NCBI RefSeq assembly: GCF_009914755.1
Contig: NC_060935.1
From: the human T2T-CHM13v2.0 reference genome, Homo sapiens
Reading direction: 5' to 3' (one strand)
Length of the DNA: 64,000 nt
The notes beneath the pieces were generated by a model. It was not told where the DNA came from. It made no database searches and worked only from the letters and a program-made list of their open reading frames with translations. The translations under genes were made by a program, and so were the position numbers. Of the stretch, positions 13,108-25,007 are shown in pieces. Position 1 is the stretch's first letter. The number at the start of each line of letters is the position of its first letter.

Positions 13108-13398
13108 CTTTTTGGCAGGGGGTGCCGGGAGACAGAGTCTTGTTCTGTCGCCAGGCTGAAGAGCAATGGTTCACTGCAACCTCTGTCTCCTGGGTTCAAG
13201 TGATTCTCCTGCCTCAGCCTCCCAAGTAGCTGGGACTACAGGCATGCGCCACCACACCTGGCTAATTTTTGTAGTTTTAATAGAGACAGGGTTTCACCAT
13301 TTTGGCCAGGCTGGTCTCAAACTCCTGACCTCAGGCAATCCATCCCTCTCGTCCTCCCAAAGTGCTGGGATTACAGGCGTGAGCCACCGCGCCCAGCC
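13108..13398 (-). mobile_element. Alu SINE, AluS-type, inside the L1
   Basis: Alu body with ~11-nt internal deletion; TSD tacatgt (13101-13107, 13399-13405). Confidence 0.93.
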
Positions 13399-13893
13399 TA
13401 CATGTGTTTATTTGTATTCTCTGTGTGATAAAACATTGTCATCAGACCTTCCTTTAGGTATTTAACCATAGTTTCCTTTGTTCCTTAAACATATTTATAA
13501 TAGCTGCTTTCACACGTTTATCTTCTAAGCTTATCCTTTGGGTCCCTTCAAAGGCGACTTCTACTACCTGCTTATTTTCTGTGTATAGATAATAGTTTCC
13601 TGTTTCTTTGTATGGCTCATATATTTTTTGTGGAAAACTGAATGATATGCTGTAGAATCTCTGGATCCTGATTTTTCAACCCCTTCCCCACCCCCAGAGT
13701 TGTTGTGGTTGCTGTTTGCTTGGATATTTGCTTATTTGTTCAGTGACTTGGCTGAGCTAATCATGCAGTTTATTTCCACAGCAATATGTAGCTTATGATG
13801 ATCTTGTTCAGATTTGTTTTCCCTCAGTTTTAGGTTTCCATCTGGCCACCTAGGTTTTGCCCCTGGGCATGCCACATATTGGTCAAAAGTTAG

Positions 13894-13895
<2 letters not shown>

Positions 13896-13935
<40 letters not shown>
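13896..13935. repeat. (GT)20 microsatellite
   Basis: Directly visible perfect dinucleotide run. Confidence 0.98.
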
Positions 13936-13936
<1 letters not shown>

Positions 13937-15164
13937 TGTTTTAAAGCTTCCTAGCACACTTCAGGGAGTTTATGTATTTTTGCCTCACTTTCTGTTACTG
14001 ATGATTACTAGTTGGGAGATTCTCTATTTATTCATGAGAGGACACTACTTTGGAAATGTACATAGCCTTCCAGACTGTGAGGGATGAGTGTGATTTATCA
14101 GTTTTGTTTAAGCTGCTTGTGCCAGTGACGGTTCGCCCTGTGTTGATGGGTCTGTGTGTAGACTGGGGAATGCTTGCAGTTCATCCCTGTATCCAGCTCT
14201 GATTTCTCCTGAATGGAGGTAACCTAGTACATGCACACAGACTTCCTGACCCAAAGAGTGATGGTGATCTCAGGAGGGCTCTTCTTAGCTGTTTCTTTTC
14301 TTGGTTCTTGCTATGAAACTTCTGGCTACTCCGTCATTTTTCTTGTATCATGGAGCTATCAGCCTTCTCTTACTTGCTCACCACTGAGATCTTCATTGTT
14401 TTGGACAAAACCTTTAAGCATGGAGTTCTCCACTCTCTGTACCAAATAAAGTTCATCCCCTCAGATAGAGCTGTGGAATTGTGCCCTAATGGCCTGCCTT
14501 CTCCTGGGCAGAACCCTTATACCATTGCTTGAAGACTGGGGGAAGCATTTGCTTTCTCCAGAATGACCCCTTTGCTCTATTGATGGACACCTGGATGGGT
14601 GGGAACCAAAGGTAAAGACATGAATTTAAAGTTTGTCTTATTTGCTATAGGTTGTTATAAGAGAAATTTCTAGCCTACTTGAAATTTTGTAAACTCAGTT
14701 TACGGTTTAATAATAATATGCATCTGTGACTTAGGGTTTTGTTTTCATAATGATGATAAAAATCTCCAAGTTTCTTATGTTTTTGTTTATTATGGTGCTT
14801 TTATTTTCATTTCAAACCTTTATAAGATACCAAGTAATTGTTAATGCATGCTTTTTAGAATAATTGCATAATTAATATGCTTTGCATGCAAATTTGTAGA
14901 AACACAGAAGTTAAATGTTGCCACTGGAAGGTTTTATTCCATTTTCCTCTAGATGTTAAAATGAATAAATTCTGAGCAAGCCATATATTCTCTAATGCTG
15001 GCTTTGGCCCTTTCTAATTCCGTATTATAATATCCAGATGTAAAAATAATAGTTTTAGATTACTTGTCCTTTCCAGTTACTTAGAAGAAACACATCTGAA
15101 AAAAAGATCATCTGCTCTTTCTAAGAAGGAATAAGAGGCAAACTAACGCATAAAAATAGGAAAT

Positions 15165-15345
15165 GAGAACCATTTTGAAACTGGGTTCAAATTCCAGCAC
15201 CATCACTTACCTGTTGTGTCCTTGTACAAAACTAAGCCTGAGCTTTCCTGTTGGCAACATATATGGGATAATATTTACCTGATAGGGTTTTGTGCATAAA
15301 ATCAGATTATATATCTAAAACTTGTCCCTTAATACCTAAAAAAGA
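15165..15345 (+). mobile_element. MIR fragment
   Basis: ctgggttcaaattccagc...cacttacctgttgtgtccttg...atttacctgatagggttttgtg. Confidence 0.7.
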
Positions 15346-15879
15346 GAAAGTAACCTGATGATAGCTAATCATTAATTTGTCATTTTCAAGTCTGCTTGCC
15401 TTCACTGATGGTATACTGGTTTAAGAAATTTGATATATTTACATATTAATTATGTCCGATGTAAACATTTTCTTACTTTAAAAAGTCCCCTTTATCTGAA
15501 ATTCAAAGTATACATTTGTAAATTTTTAAATGAAATAACTCTGCAAATATGCTTGCTAATTTTCTGATTTCCAAAATAAATGTAAATCCACATAAAAAGT
15601 CTTATTTCTTTAGTGTGTAGCTCCAGCATTACGGAGTATTGTCCCATCTGCTAGTTTATCTTTGAATGTAAAATCAGAGACGCAGTTCCCACATAAGGAG
15701 TCCCTAGAGTAAGGCATTGTAAGGATAGATGAATAGAATGAGGGATGGATTTCAAAGATATTTGGAAACACCCATGCACTGTTCTAACCATTGAGATACC
15801 TTAATTCGTGACAGAGGAGCTTTAATAAAAGTTTTAGCATTTGACGTTTGCTTTGTTTTTTGTTTCAATATTTGAATTT

Positions 15880-16006
15880 ATTCACACTGAACTATAAGCT
15901 CCATGAGAGTTGGATCATGCCTATTTCATTCACCATGGCAAACCCAATACCTCTCCCAGCACTTGACATACACTAGTCTTGATCAATATCAGTTTAATAA
16001 ATAAAT
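15880..16006 (+). mobile_element. L2 3' end
   Basis: ctataagctccatgagag...ttcattcacc...cagcacttgacata. Confidence 0.7.
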
Positions 16007-16149
16007 TTAATTATAATTATGTACTTTATTATACTTTATAAGTTTTAAACTTGCCATTTTTCCTCTTCTATAATCTGAATTTTATATAGAGGTTACAAAT
16101 CTGAATTTCTGTTCACTTTGAACCTCTGTATTACTTAACAATATAATTT

Positions 16150-16285
16150 ATGCAAACATATTTTTAGGAAGAGTAGCTTTATTTCTAATAGCCAAATATG
16201 GAAATAAATCAAATGCCCAGTAACAGATAAATGTATAACAAATCGTGGTGCATCTATTTCATGAAATGCTACTCTGTGATAAATC
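16150..16285 (+). mobile_element. L1ME-type 3' fragment
   Basis: gctttatttctaatagccaaa...caaatgcccagtaacagataaatg...tactctg. Confidence 0.6.
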
Positions 16286-17384
16286 CATATACAAAATATT
16301 CCAAAAGAGACAAATTCTCCCATGTTTTGGAGGGAAAGTCTAAATCTCTTTAAACCTGAAATTAAATAAATTAATTAATAATATCCCATCAAATAGCAAT
16401 TGGTTTAAGTCCAATGCCTTTAATAAGGAATACAAGTTCTTCCACTATCTGGCCCCTGGCTACTACTGTAGTTTTGTTACTGGGTACTTGCTTTTTCCAT
16501 ATTTTCATTCAATTTCATATCTTTATTTATATTTTTTTCTCAATGTGGAATTTCCTTTCTTGCTGTATCTGTAAAACTTCTACACAAAAAATACACATAC
16601 TAATAAAGTTATTTATACTTAAATGATAAGCATTACCTTGGAATATGTCTATGGCATCTCAAGCCTGGGTTAGGAGTTGTCTGGGTTATTATAACACTCC
16701 GTGCACAGCTTGTTCATCATACTTCTCACATTTCATTATGGATATACCTTAAATAATCTGTTCTTCCACTAGGCCGTGAAGGTAGGAGTAAAGTTTCATT
16801 TTTCTCTGTATTTCTATAACTACTGCATGGCCTGAAGCAAGTCAGAGTTCTATAGTCATTGAGCTAATAAATATGAACTGATACATATCTCTTTCTAAAT
16901 TCCTAGGAGAGAAGCCTGAAGAACAAAGCAGCCACAGATCAACAGGAGTATAGTTTATTAGAGGTTGGTTAGAGACTTTTTGCTAATGAGCTGTACTGTC
17001 CATAGGCATCATCATGGGGTTCTCAAATCTAATGATACCCATGCCATCAATTCTGAGTAAAGTGGTTACAAAAGAAACTGATATTTAATTTTTACTATAA
17101 TAGAAAATGGCATGTATATGTGTCTTAATTCATTCAGTAGATGCAACATAGGGTAGTGGAATGATCACTTTCCTGTATAATTAATTGTAAGAGCTAGAGT
17201 TCATATAATCACTAATTATTAAAATAAAAATATTCTATCTCAAAAATAGCATTACCATAGCTTTTGTGGCTTTCTATTAATGAGTTATTTTCTCAATTTT
17301 TATATGTTTCAAATCTTCAATAACAATCAGAGCTGAAATAATAAACACTGGCTATTATTGTTCTAATAAATAAAATGGTTATTT

Positions 17385-17656
17385 TTGCATAATGAGTAAG
17401 AACGTAACCATTGGAGTCAGACAGGAGGAGTTGCTTATTTGAGTTATGACATTTACTGGCCATGCTACCTCAAAGAAATTAGACATTCTGAACCTCAGCC
17501 TCTTTATCCATAAAATAGAATAATAATAGTAGCTACTTCTTGGGATCACTGATAGGGATGGTAGGTTTAAATGGCACAGTGAATTCAAGAAAGTATTTGG
17601 GACAATGTCTGATAATTAGTAAATGCTCCAGAGTCCTAGTATTTTTTGTTATTATT
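17385..17656 (+). mobile_element. MIR, near full length
   Basis: ttggagtcagac...tctgaacctcag..tccataaaatagaataataatagtagctac...tagtaaatgctc. Confidence 0.75.
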
Positions 17657-17964
17657 AAAAAAAATACTGTAACTCACAATAGACATTAAAGGAAAGAGCA
17701 CACAACATGAGGATAAGTTTAACAAACAGTGATAAAAAAGTCAATACCAGTGTCAAGAAAAAGCACAGCTAGGTCAAGAAAGAGAACCCTGATTGCAACC
17801 AAGGAGCCTTTGCTTGCGCCATCCTCATCACAACTTTATCTCTCCCCTTTAGCATTAGCAAGTATCCTGAATTGCATGAAAATCATTTCCTTGCATTATT
17901 TTAAAATTTTACTACCCACATGTATTTCTAAGCAATATTGCCTGTTTTTGACCTTTATACAGTA

Positions 17965-18930
17965 AAGTCATCTCAAAAGTCAACAATGGAAAAACAGAAA
18001 TATCTAATTAGAAAACGGACAAAATAAGTTAAGATATTTCACTGAAGAGGATATAGAGATTACCAATAAGCATATGAAAAGGTGTTCAACATCACTAACC
18101 AATAGGGAATTAAAAATTAAGTCCATTATGAGATATCATTACACAACTATTAGAATAGCTAAAACTTAAAAAGTAGTGACTAGCAAATTTGAGTGAAGAT
18201 GTTTATAAACTGGATCTCTCATATTTTATAGGTTCAAATGTAAAGTAATACAGCTTATCAATTTATTAAAAATTAAACATACTCTTATACAACCCAGCAA
18301 TTGTACTACATTTATTCCAGGAGAATGAAAACTTATATCCACACGAAAACCTGTACATGATTGCTCACAGTAGCTTTGTTACCGCCCAAAACTGAAAACA
18401 ATCTGGATATCATTCAAAGTGTGAATAATTAAATAAAATATGGTATATTCATACCATAGAATACTACTCAGTAGTAGAAAGGAATAAACTACAACAACTT
18501 GGATGGATCTTAAATGTATTGGGCTGAGTGAAAAAGCCAATTTCTAAAGGTTATATGCTATTTATATTACATTCTCAAAAATGACAAAATAATATACATA
18601 AAATACAGATTAATAGCCACCAAGGATTAGGGATAATAGAAGGGATAGAAATGAGTGTGACTTTAAGGGAGTAGTATGAGGAAGATCTTTGTGGTGATGG
18701 AATGGTTCTGTATCTTTGATTGTAGTAATTATTACACAACTGTAAATGACATAGAAATATATACCTACATCATACTAATGTTAACTTCTGAGTTTTGATG
18801 TTGTACTACAGTAATGTAAGATGTAATAAAAATTGAGGGAATCTGCATAAAGGATATGTGTCACCTCTCTGTCCTATTTTTGCAGCCTCCTGTAAATGTG
18901 TAATTATTTCAATATAAAAAGTTAAAAAAA
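17965..18930 (+). mobile_element. L1MC/MD-type ORF2 end and 3'UTR
   Basis: aagcatatgaaaaggtgttcaacatcacta, cccagcaattgtact, tgtggtgatggaatggttctgtatc; ends aaaaagttaaaaaaa. Confidence 0.85.
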
Positions 18931-18939
18931 TGCTTCATC

Positions 18940-19177
18940 TACATAAAGGGATGAAAATAACACAAACAAAAAGAAGATAGCATAATGGAAATTAAAAGTC
19001 AAGGCTTTATTTCAAATATATCAATATTTCAGTTAAACATAACTGAAATAAAGTCTCAATTTAAAGGCAAAGACTGTTAACCTGGATAAAAAATGTGTGC
19101 AATCCAACCATAGTTTTTTTTTTAAGTAAGACTCATCTATTAATTATATAGATATGAACAGATTGAAAATAAAAGGA
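18940..19177 (+). mobile_element. L1 interORF/ORF2-start fragment
   Basis: caaatatatcaata...caatttaaaggcaaagactg...tggataaaaaa...cagattgaaaataaaagga. Confidence 0.6.
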
Positions 19178-19179
19178 CT

Positions 19180-21180
19180 TTTTATGATTACATTTTGCTT
19201 TAACCTAGAGAATTTCTTTTAGCATTTCTTGTCTTGTGACTTTGCTGGATATGAATTTATTTTGTATTTATATTTCTGTAGGTGTTTATATGTCATGTTG
19301 ATTTTTGAAGGATATTTTTTACTAGTAGAACACTAATATTCTTTTTACAAAATTTCAACACATCCAAGATGCCATTCCATTGACTTCTTGATTTCATTGC
19401 TTTTTGATGAGAAGTCAGCTAAAATTCTTACCATTGATTTCCTTTATGTAATATTTCTTTGTACTCCTTCTGCCTTCAATAGTTTTTCTTTTTCTTTTAA
19501 CGGTCTAAGTATGATGCACCTAGTTTTTCTTTGTATTTATCCTGCTTGGCATTATCTAAGCTACTTGGATCTTTGGTGTTACCTTAAATGAAATTTGGAA
19601 ATGTTAGGATGTTATCTATTCAAATATTTATTGTGTCCATCTGGAGTTTCTTCCTTTTCTATGGCAAGTATACATATATTAGACTGATCTTGTCCCAAGG
19701 CCTCTGATACTCTCGTCTGCTTTTTTTTTTTTCTTTTGGTGTTAGTTTGAATAATACCTACTGATCCATCTTAATGCTTGTGAATTCTTTATTCTCATGT
19801 GTTCAGTTTGTGGATAATCACATCACAGACATTGGTTTCTTTTGATATTGTGTTTTCATGTCTAATAATTCAATTTGTTTCTTTTTTTGTTTGTTTGTTT
19901 GCATCTCTCTGATGAAGTCCTCTATATATTCGTGCACGTTGTTTACCTTTTCCACGAGATCCTTTAACATATTAACCTTAGTTATTTAAACTACCTATCT
20001 GACCATTTCAACATTTGGACCATCTGATTTAATGACTACTTTACTTCTTGATGATGGGGCATTTTTTTTCCATGTGTTTCCTGTGTCTTCTGGTTTTCAA
20101 TTGAATGCTGGACACTGCATGTAAAAATAATAGAGGCTGAAGTCAATACCATCTTTTCCTGGAAAAGCACATGTTTCTTCTTCTCCCAGACTTATGTTGA
20201 GAGATTGAGTAAATATTTTCTGTAATTTGAACTATATTTGGCCTTGTGATTGCTTTCACTGTCAAATTGAGCACATCACAGGCTTCAAATATCTCCAGTG
20301 GTGATTTAGTGCTTACCTTGTGCTTACCGTGAGGTGTGGGATGCTGGAGAGCTTCTCCTAGTGTTCCTGTTTTGCTTTTATGTTTCATTGAATTCTTCAT
20401 GCCTGTGCCATGTTCTCACCCTTCCCCTGTGATATATTGCTCTTGCTTCATATCAGTTGAAGTTTCATGGTGAGGATAAAGATGCTTCTTGTTTATTCTC
20501 TTCTTGCCTTAGTCCTGAGTGGGCAGTTTTCATGTGAAATGTAGAGACAGCCTTTTTTTTATTTTTATTTTTTAAGCATTTCTGCCCTTTCTCAAATGCA
20601 AGTAACCTCTCTTCCTACTCAACCTAGAGTCCAGAAAGTAAACAAATTTCCTGTTCCTCTTAAAGGGCAACAAACCTAAACTTTGTATCTCAGGAGACTA
20701 GGGTAAATGAGAGTCCTGTTTCTCCCCCATTTGCAGCAAAAATGCGCCTTGTTTTAGGACAATAACCTAGAAGGAGTTTCCTACCCCAACCCCAGCAGCA
20801 GATGGCTGTGTCAGGATAGAATTTCTTGTTCCTCCTCCAGTACCAAACAACTTCTTGAAATCAGCATGTCTAGGGTGTTGAAAAGTTACCTGCCTTTTCT
20901 CCAGAAGCACTCTATATTAAGACTTTAAGAAGGTGTTTACATTTCAGCCTTTTTTCTCAGCTGCTTCTGTGGTGGCCAGTTACTTCCATGCTATGCCAAA
21001 GATGTAACAGTTTACGTATCCTGTTCTCCTAGGAGGTTTACCAACTCATTGATCTCAGTTTTCCTGGTTGCCTTATGATCTGAACTATCTGATATGCTCT
21101 AAAAAATTATGGTTTTGTAGGTTATCTGTCTTGTTTTTTGATTGAAAATTTTTTGCAGTTTTCTACATCCTAAGTGAAAA
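19180..21180 (-). mobile_element. Old L1 (L1ME/L1M4-type) 5'UTR plus ORF1
   Basis: Antisense ORF1 motifs (tttagcatttcttg, gatgagaagtcagct, aaatttggaaatg); L1 5' terminus-like ttctacatcctaag near 21170. Confidence 0.7.
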
Positions 21181-22619
21181 TAGATTCAGTTTTTATAGTT
21201 GAATGCTGTACATTTAAATTATTGCATAGATCAGATGAGAAACATTTTTGGTCTCTGGATGTGTGTTGTTGTTAATTTTATTGACCATGTTACACCATCA
21301 GCCCTTTTTGTTCCCTGCATAAAACTTGACTGCGTATTCATGCTGCTGTTCAGAGTTTCTACATGACAATTTCATTTAGACTTTTGGCTGATGGCCACTC
21401 ATTTCTATTAAAAAAGAGTTTTAAATTCTTTCCTACAATGGCTTTTGGCACTTGAAAAAAAAATACAGGAGTCTGGGGAAACAGTAACCAATTTTTGTGC
21501 AAAATGTTACTCTAATACCAGTGATGGAGCAAGGAATGGCAGCAGCCTCATGTGGCTGTCATAGAAATATTTGGCCCCAAACAGAAGCCCTCCAGTAAAT
21601 CTACCCATTTTGACTCCCCTTTTTAATTTCCATAATTTCAACTGAAAGACAGTCCAATTCAGGCTAAAAATGGAACTGTAGTAGCTGTTTACTTAAACTT
21701 TCTCCTCCTCTCTCACTTTTAAGGCATCAAACTCTAAATAAAAACAAAAACAAAAACACTACAACATGAGGACTACCATTCATGACTTTCTGATTTTTGC
21801 GAAATCACTTAGCTCCTCTATGGCTCAATTTCTTCATTAATGAAATTAGCTAATTTTACCTACTCTAACAGTCTTAAAAGAGAAATTACAATGAAAAAAT
21901 GTTAGCTGCAATAAACAATAAATATGTGTTACTATTTCCTATTCTCATCTTCTCCTTCTTAAAGATTGATCTGGCCCTAATGTATACTGTTCTATAGAGC
22001 AGTGTAGTTTATTTAGGTGATTTGACTGAAAAATTGTTATCCTTTTTTCATTCATGATTATTTGAGAATTCCTGCTTTGTCTTTGTGTGTATTCAGAAAC
22101 TTCTAGATTCTTCTTGAGGGTATATAACACATTCATTTGAAAAAGTCTGAATAAGTTATGCCTGCCCTTAATTTAGATTTGGTATTTCTATTACTGGCTA
22201 AAGGCTATGGGGTTTAATAAGTAAAGAGACATTAATAGGAAATTCATTAGTTAAGGTTATCTTAACATCCCTAATTATTTATTAAACACTGGTTGATTAT
22301 ATTAAAACCTATTTTGTTCACTGCAGTCATTGGTATCTGACATTGAGAGAGAATAGAGTTGCATTTTTATTTTACATTTCTCAAAGTAGCAACTTAGACA
22401 CATTCAGTGTTTTCACACAATAGCAATTATAATTAGGGTCAATGCATATGCTAGATACCCCCTCTCTGTGCAATCATAAATAGCAATTTTATTAATAAAT
22501 GGGCTGATTTTTTCTTCTTGTTTTGTGATTTAGGCAACACATTGTTATCACTATCCAGTTCTGTCTGGGATTAGTAATTTTGTTCTTTTATTAATAATCC
22601 AATATATTTGTGACTTATT

Positions 22620-22865
22620 CAGGAGGCAGTAACATACACGAATACCTCACAGGCTTTGAAGTGAGATCTTTTTGAATCCACCCATTATTGACTACACACC
22701 TAGAGCAAGAGATCGCTAAGCCTTGGATTCTCCAATGGTAAAATGGAGAAGAAAACTTTTAGAGCTGTTGTGAGGGTTGAAGGAGACAATGCATGTAAAG
22801 CTCCTGCCCTATTACTTAGCACCATCAAACAGCTCAAGAAATGGCACAAGTGATGATGATGATGA
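22620..22865 (+). mobile_element. MIR
   Basis: gtaaaatggagaa...ctgttgtgagggttgaaggagacaatgcatgtaaagctc. Confidence 0.65.
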
Positions 22866-23835
22866 CTGTTGCCTTTTTCTATTTTTTATATTTCTTGGAT
22901 TCTAAGTTTCCAGAAGGTAGAAGCTCCATTTACACACAGTACTGTCTAAACTGCTCTTAGCATAATGCCACCCCATCAATCTTCTGTTTTTGACAAGTTT
23001 TCCCAGATCAGTGCTGTCAGTCCTCATTTGTAAAGTCTTACAGAGACAGAGCCACATCTACTTACCTTGCTCAATAAATCCCCATTACTCTAATATTTCT
23101 TGATCATGCTGCTGATTCAGCTGTCTTGTGTCCCCTAATCCAGTTGAGAATATTCCAGCATGTCCTCTATTTATGAATAGGCTTTAATTCAAAATGAAAG
23201 ACCATGATTGGTTCGATTAGCTTAGCCTAACACAACCTCTGAGCTTAATTTTTGGATTAACAGGGACACTTCTGCCATTTCATTCATTCCTTGGCTCCTT
23301 CTGCTATGTATGATTTCAAGATGATGATTCCCTTTGGACTTTTGGCTGAAGGCATTTGTCACTTCCAATTCATTATTTCCTTGATATTTGCTCACTGCAG
23401 AGCATCTGTCCCCTATGCAGTTTTGGAAGAGGATGTACATCTCTGAAATAGCAAGACAAATATGATGCCTGATTATAAGTTTAGGAAAATAAAAACAGAG
23501 GAGAGTTCTTGCATGGTTTTCAAAATTTTCTATGAATTTATCATATTTAAGCTGCTATTTTAGTTTCTGGCAGGTATATTTTCTATAACAAGGAACAAGG
23601 AAGGCTAGTCTGCTCTGCAGGTGTTTTATATAACATTGCCCTCCTGTGTCATGTGGTCTGACTAAAAATTTTATAACTGAAAATTTGCGTATTTTAAGTA
23701 CACAGTGGATGGGATTTCTTCTTGAGGGACATAAACAAAAACAGCCACTAACATATGTCACAATTTTTTTGACACATGACACATATTTAGATAAATCTGT
23801 TAATACTTTCTATTAAAACTTTTTAGAACTTCCAA

Positions 23836-25007
23836 CGTGTCCGGAATTGGTGGGTTCTTGGTCTCACTGACTTCAAGAATGACGCAACAGACCTTCGTGG
23901 TGAGCATTATAGTTCTTAAAAGCGGCGCATCTGGAGTTGTTCATTCCTTCAGATGTTGAGGTGTGTCTGGAGTTTCTTCCTCTGGTAGGTTTGTGGTCTT
24001 GCTGACTCCAGGAGTGAAGTTGCAGACCTTCGCGGTGAGTGTTACAGGTCTTAGGATGGCATATCTGGAGTTGTTCATTCCTCCAGTCGGTTTGTGGTCT
24101 TGCTGGCCTCAGGAGTGAAGCTGCAGACCTCAGTGGTGAGTGTTTACAGCTCATAAAGGCTGCCAGACCCACAGAACAAGCAGCAACAAGATTTACTGTG
24201 AAGAGTGAAAGATCAAAGCTCCCACACTATGGAAAAGGGCCCTAGCGGGTTGCTGCTGCTAGCTTGGGTGGGCTGCTTTTATTCCCTTATCTAGCCCCAC
24301 CCACATCCTGCCGATTGGTCCATTTTACAGAGAGCTGATTGGCTCATTTTACAGAGAGCTGATTGGTCCGTTTTACAGAGTGCTGATTGGTCCGTTTTGA
24401 CAGTGCTGATTGGTGCCTTTACAAACCTTTAGCTAGACACAGAGCACTAATTGGTGCATTTACAATCCTTTAGCTAGACAGAAAAGTTCTCCAAGTCCCC
24501 TACCCGATTAGCTACACACAGAGCCCTGATTGGTGCGTTTACAAACCTTTAGCTAGACAGAGTGCTGATTGGTGCCTTTACAATCCTTTAGCTAGAGGGA
24601 AAAGTTCTTCAAGTCCCCACCCGTCCCAGAAGCCCAGCCAGCTTCACCTCTCACTGGCACTCGCCACAGGCAGTCAGGCAGCCCAGCGGGAGCTCATCCC
24701 CTGATCAAGCCCAGCAGGCTCCGGCAGGCCACGCCCAGTGCGGGGCCCGCGGAGCTCGCACCCACCCGGAACCCGCGCTGGCGCTCCGGCCGCGCGCAGG
24801 CCCCGCTTCTGCAGGAGCCTCTCCCTCCGCACCTCCCCGCGAGGAGAGGGAGCGGGCTCCGGCCTCGGCCAGCCCCAGAGAGGGGCGCCCACAGCGCAGC
24901 GGCGGGCTGAAGGGCTGCTCAAGCGAGACCAGAGCGGACGCCGAGGCTGAGGAGGCCCTGAGAGCGAGGAGAGCGAGCGAGGGTTGCTAGCACGTTGTCA
25001 CCTCTCA
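23836..25007 (-). mobile_element. ERV9 solo LTR, long LTR12 type (LTR12B/C/D-like)
   Basis: Termini gtgtccggaattggtgggttcttggtctc and tgtcacctctca; tandem gctgattgg/tttagctagac repeats; GC-rich U3. Confidence 0.95.
24250..24600 (-). promoter_or_regulatory. ERV9 LTR promoter/enhancer: 8 CCAAT boxes, CACCC box, AATAAA TATA-equivalent
   Basis: ATTGG at 24314, 24338, 24362, 24386, 24409, 24450, 24529, 24568; ccccacccac ~24296; tttatt 24278-24283. Activity not shown. Confidence 0.7.

Larger units (their letters stand above)
11570..14600 (-). mobile_element. Old L1 (L1MC/MD-type) 5'UTR-ORF1-interORF remnant, interrupted
   Basis: Antisense L1 ORF1-region motifs (ttttgctgggtataagattct, ttccactgccttctggcct, ttgggaaattttaaccat); T-rich strand. 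Confidence 0.75.

Noticed and set aside
13166-13465. ORFs with familiar-looking peptides (also at 11211, 35535, 43691, 51423, 51721, 57541)
   Set aside because: They are translations of Alu sequence.
15205-15213. Perfect minus-strand splice donor CAG|GTAAGT
   Set aside because: It falls in a MIR core where this motif arises readily, and I identified no convincing partner acceptor.
24310-24600. Regularly spaced repeats (gctgattgg/tttagctagac) superficially like a CRISPR array; also at 56470-56650
   Set aside because: These are the normal tandem U3 enhancer repeats of ERV9/LTR12. There are no unique spacers or cas genes, and the context is eukaryotic.
24674-24950. GC-rich ORFs resembling a first coding exon
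   Set aside because: Entirely inside the LTR12 U3; stop codons are rare because of high GC.
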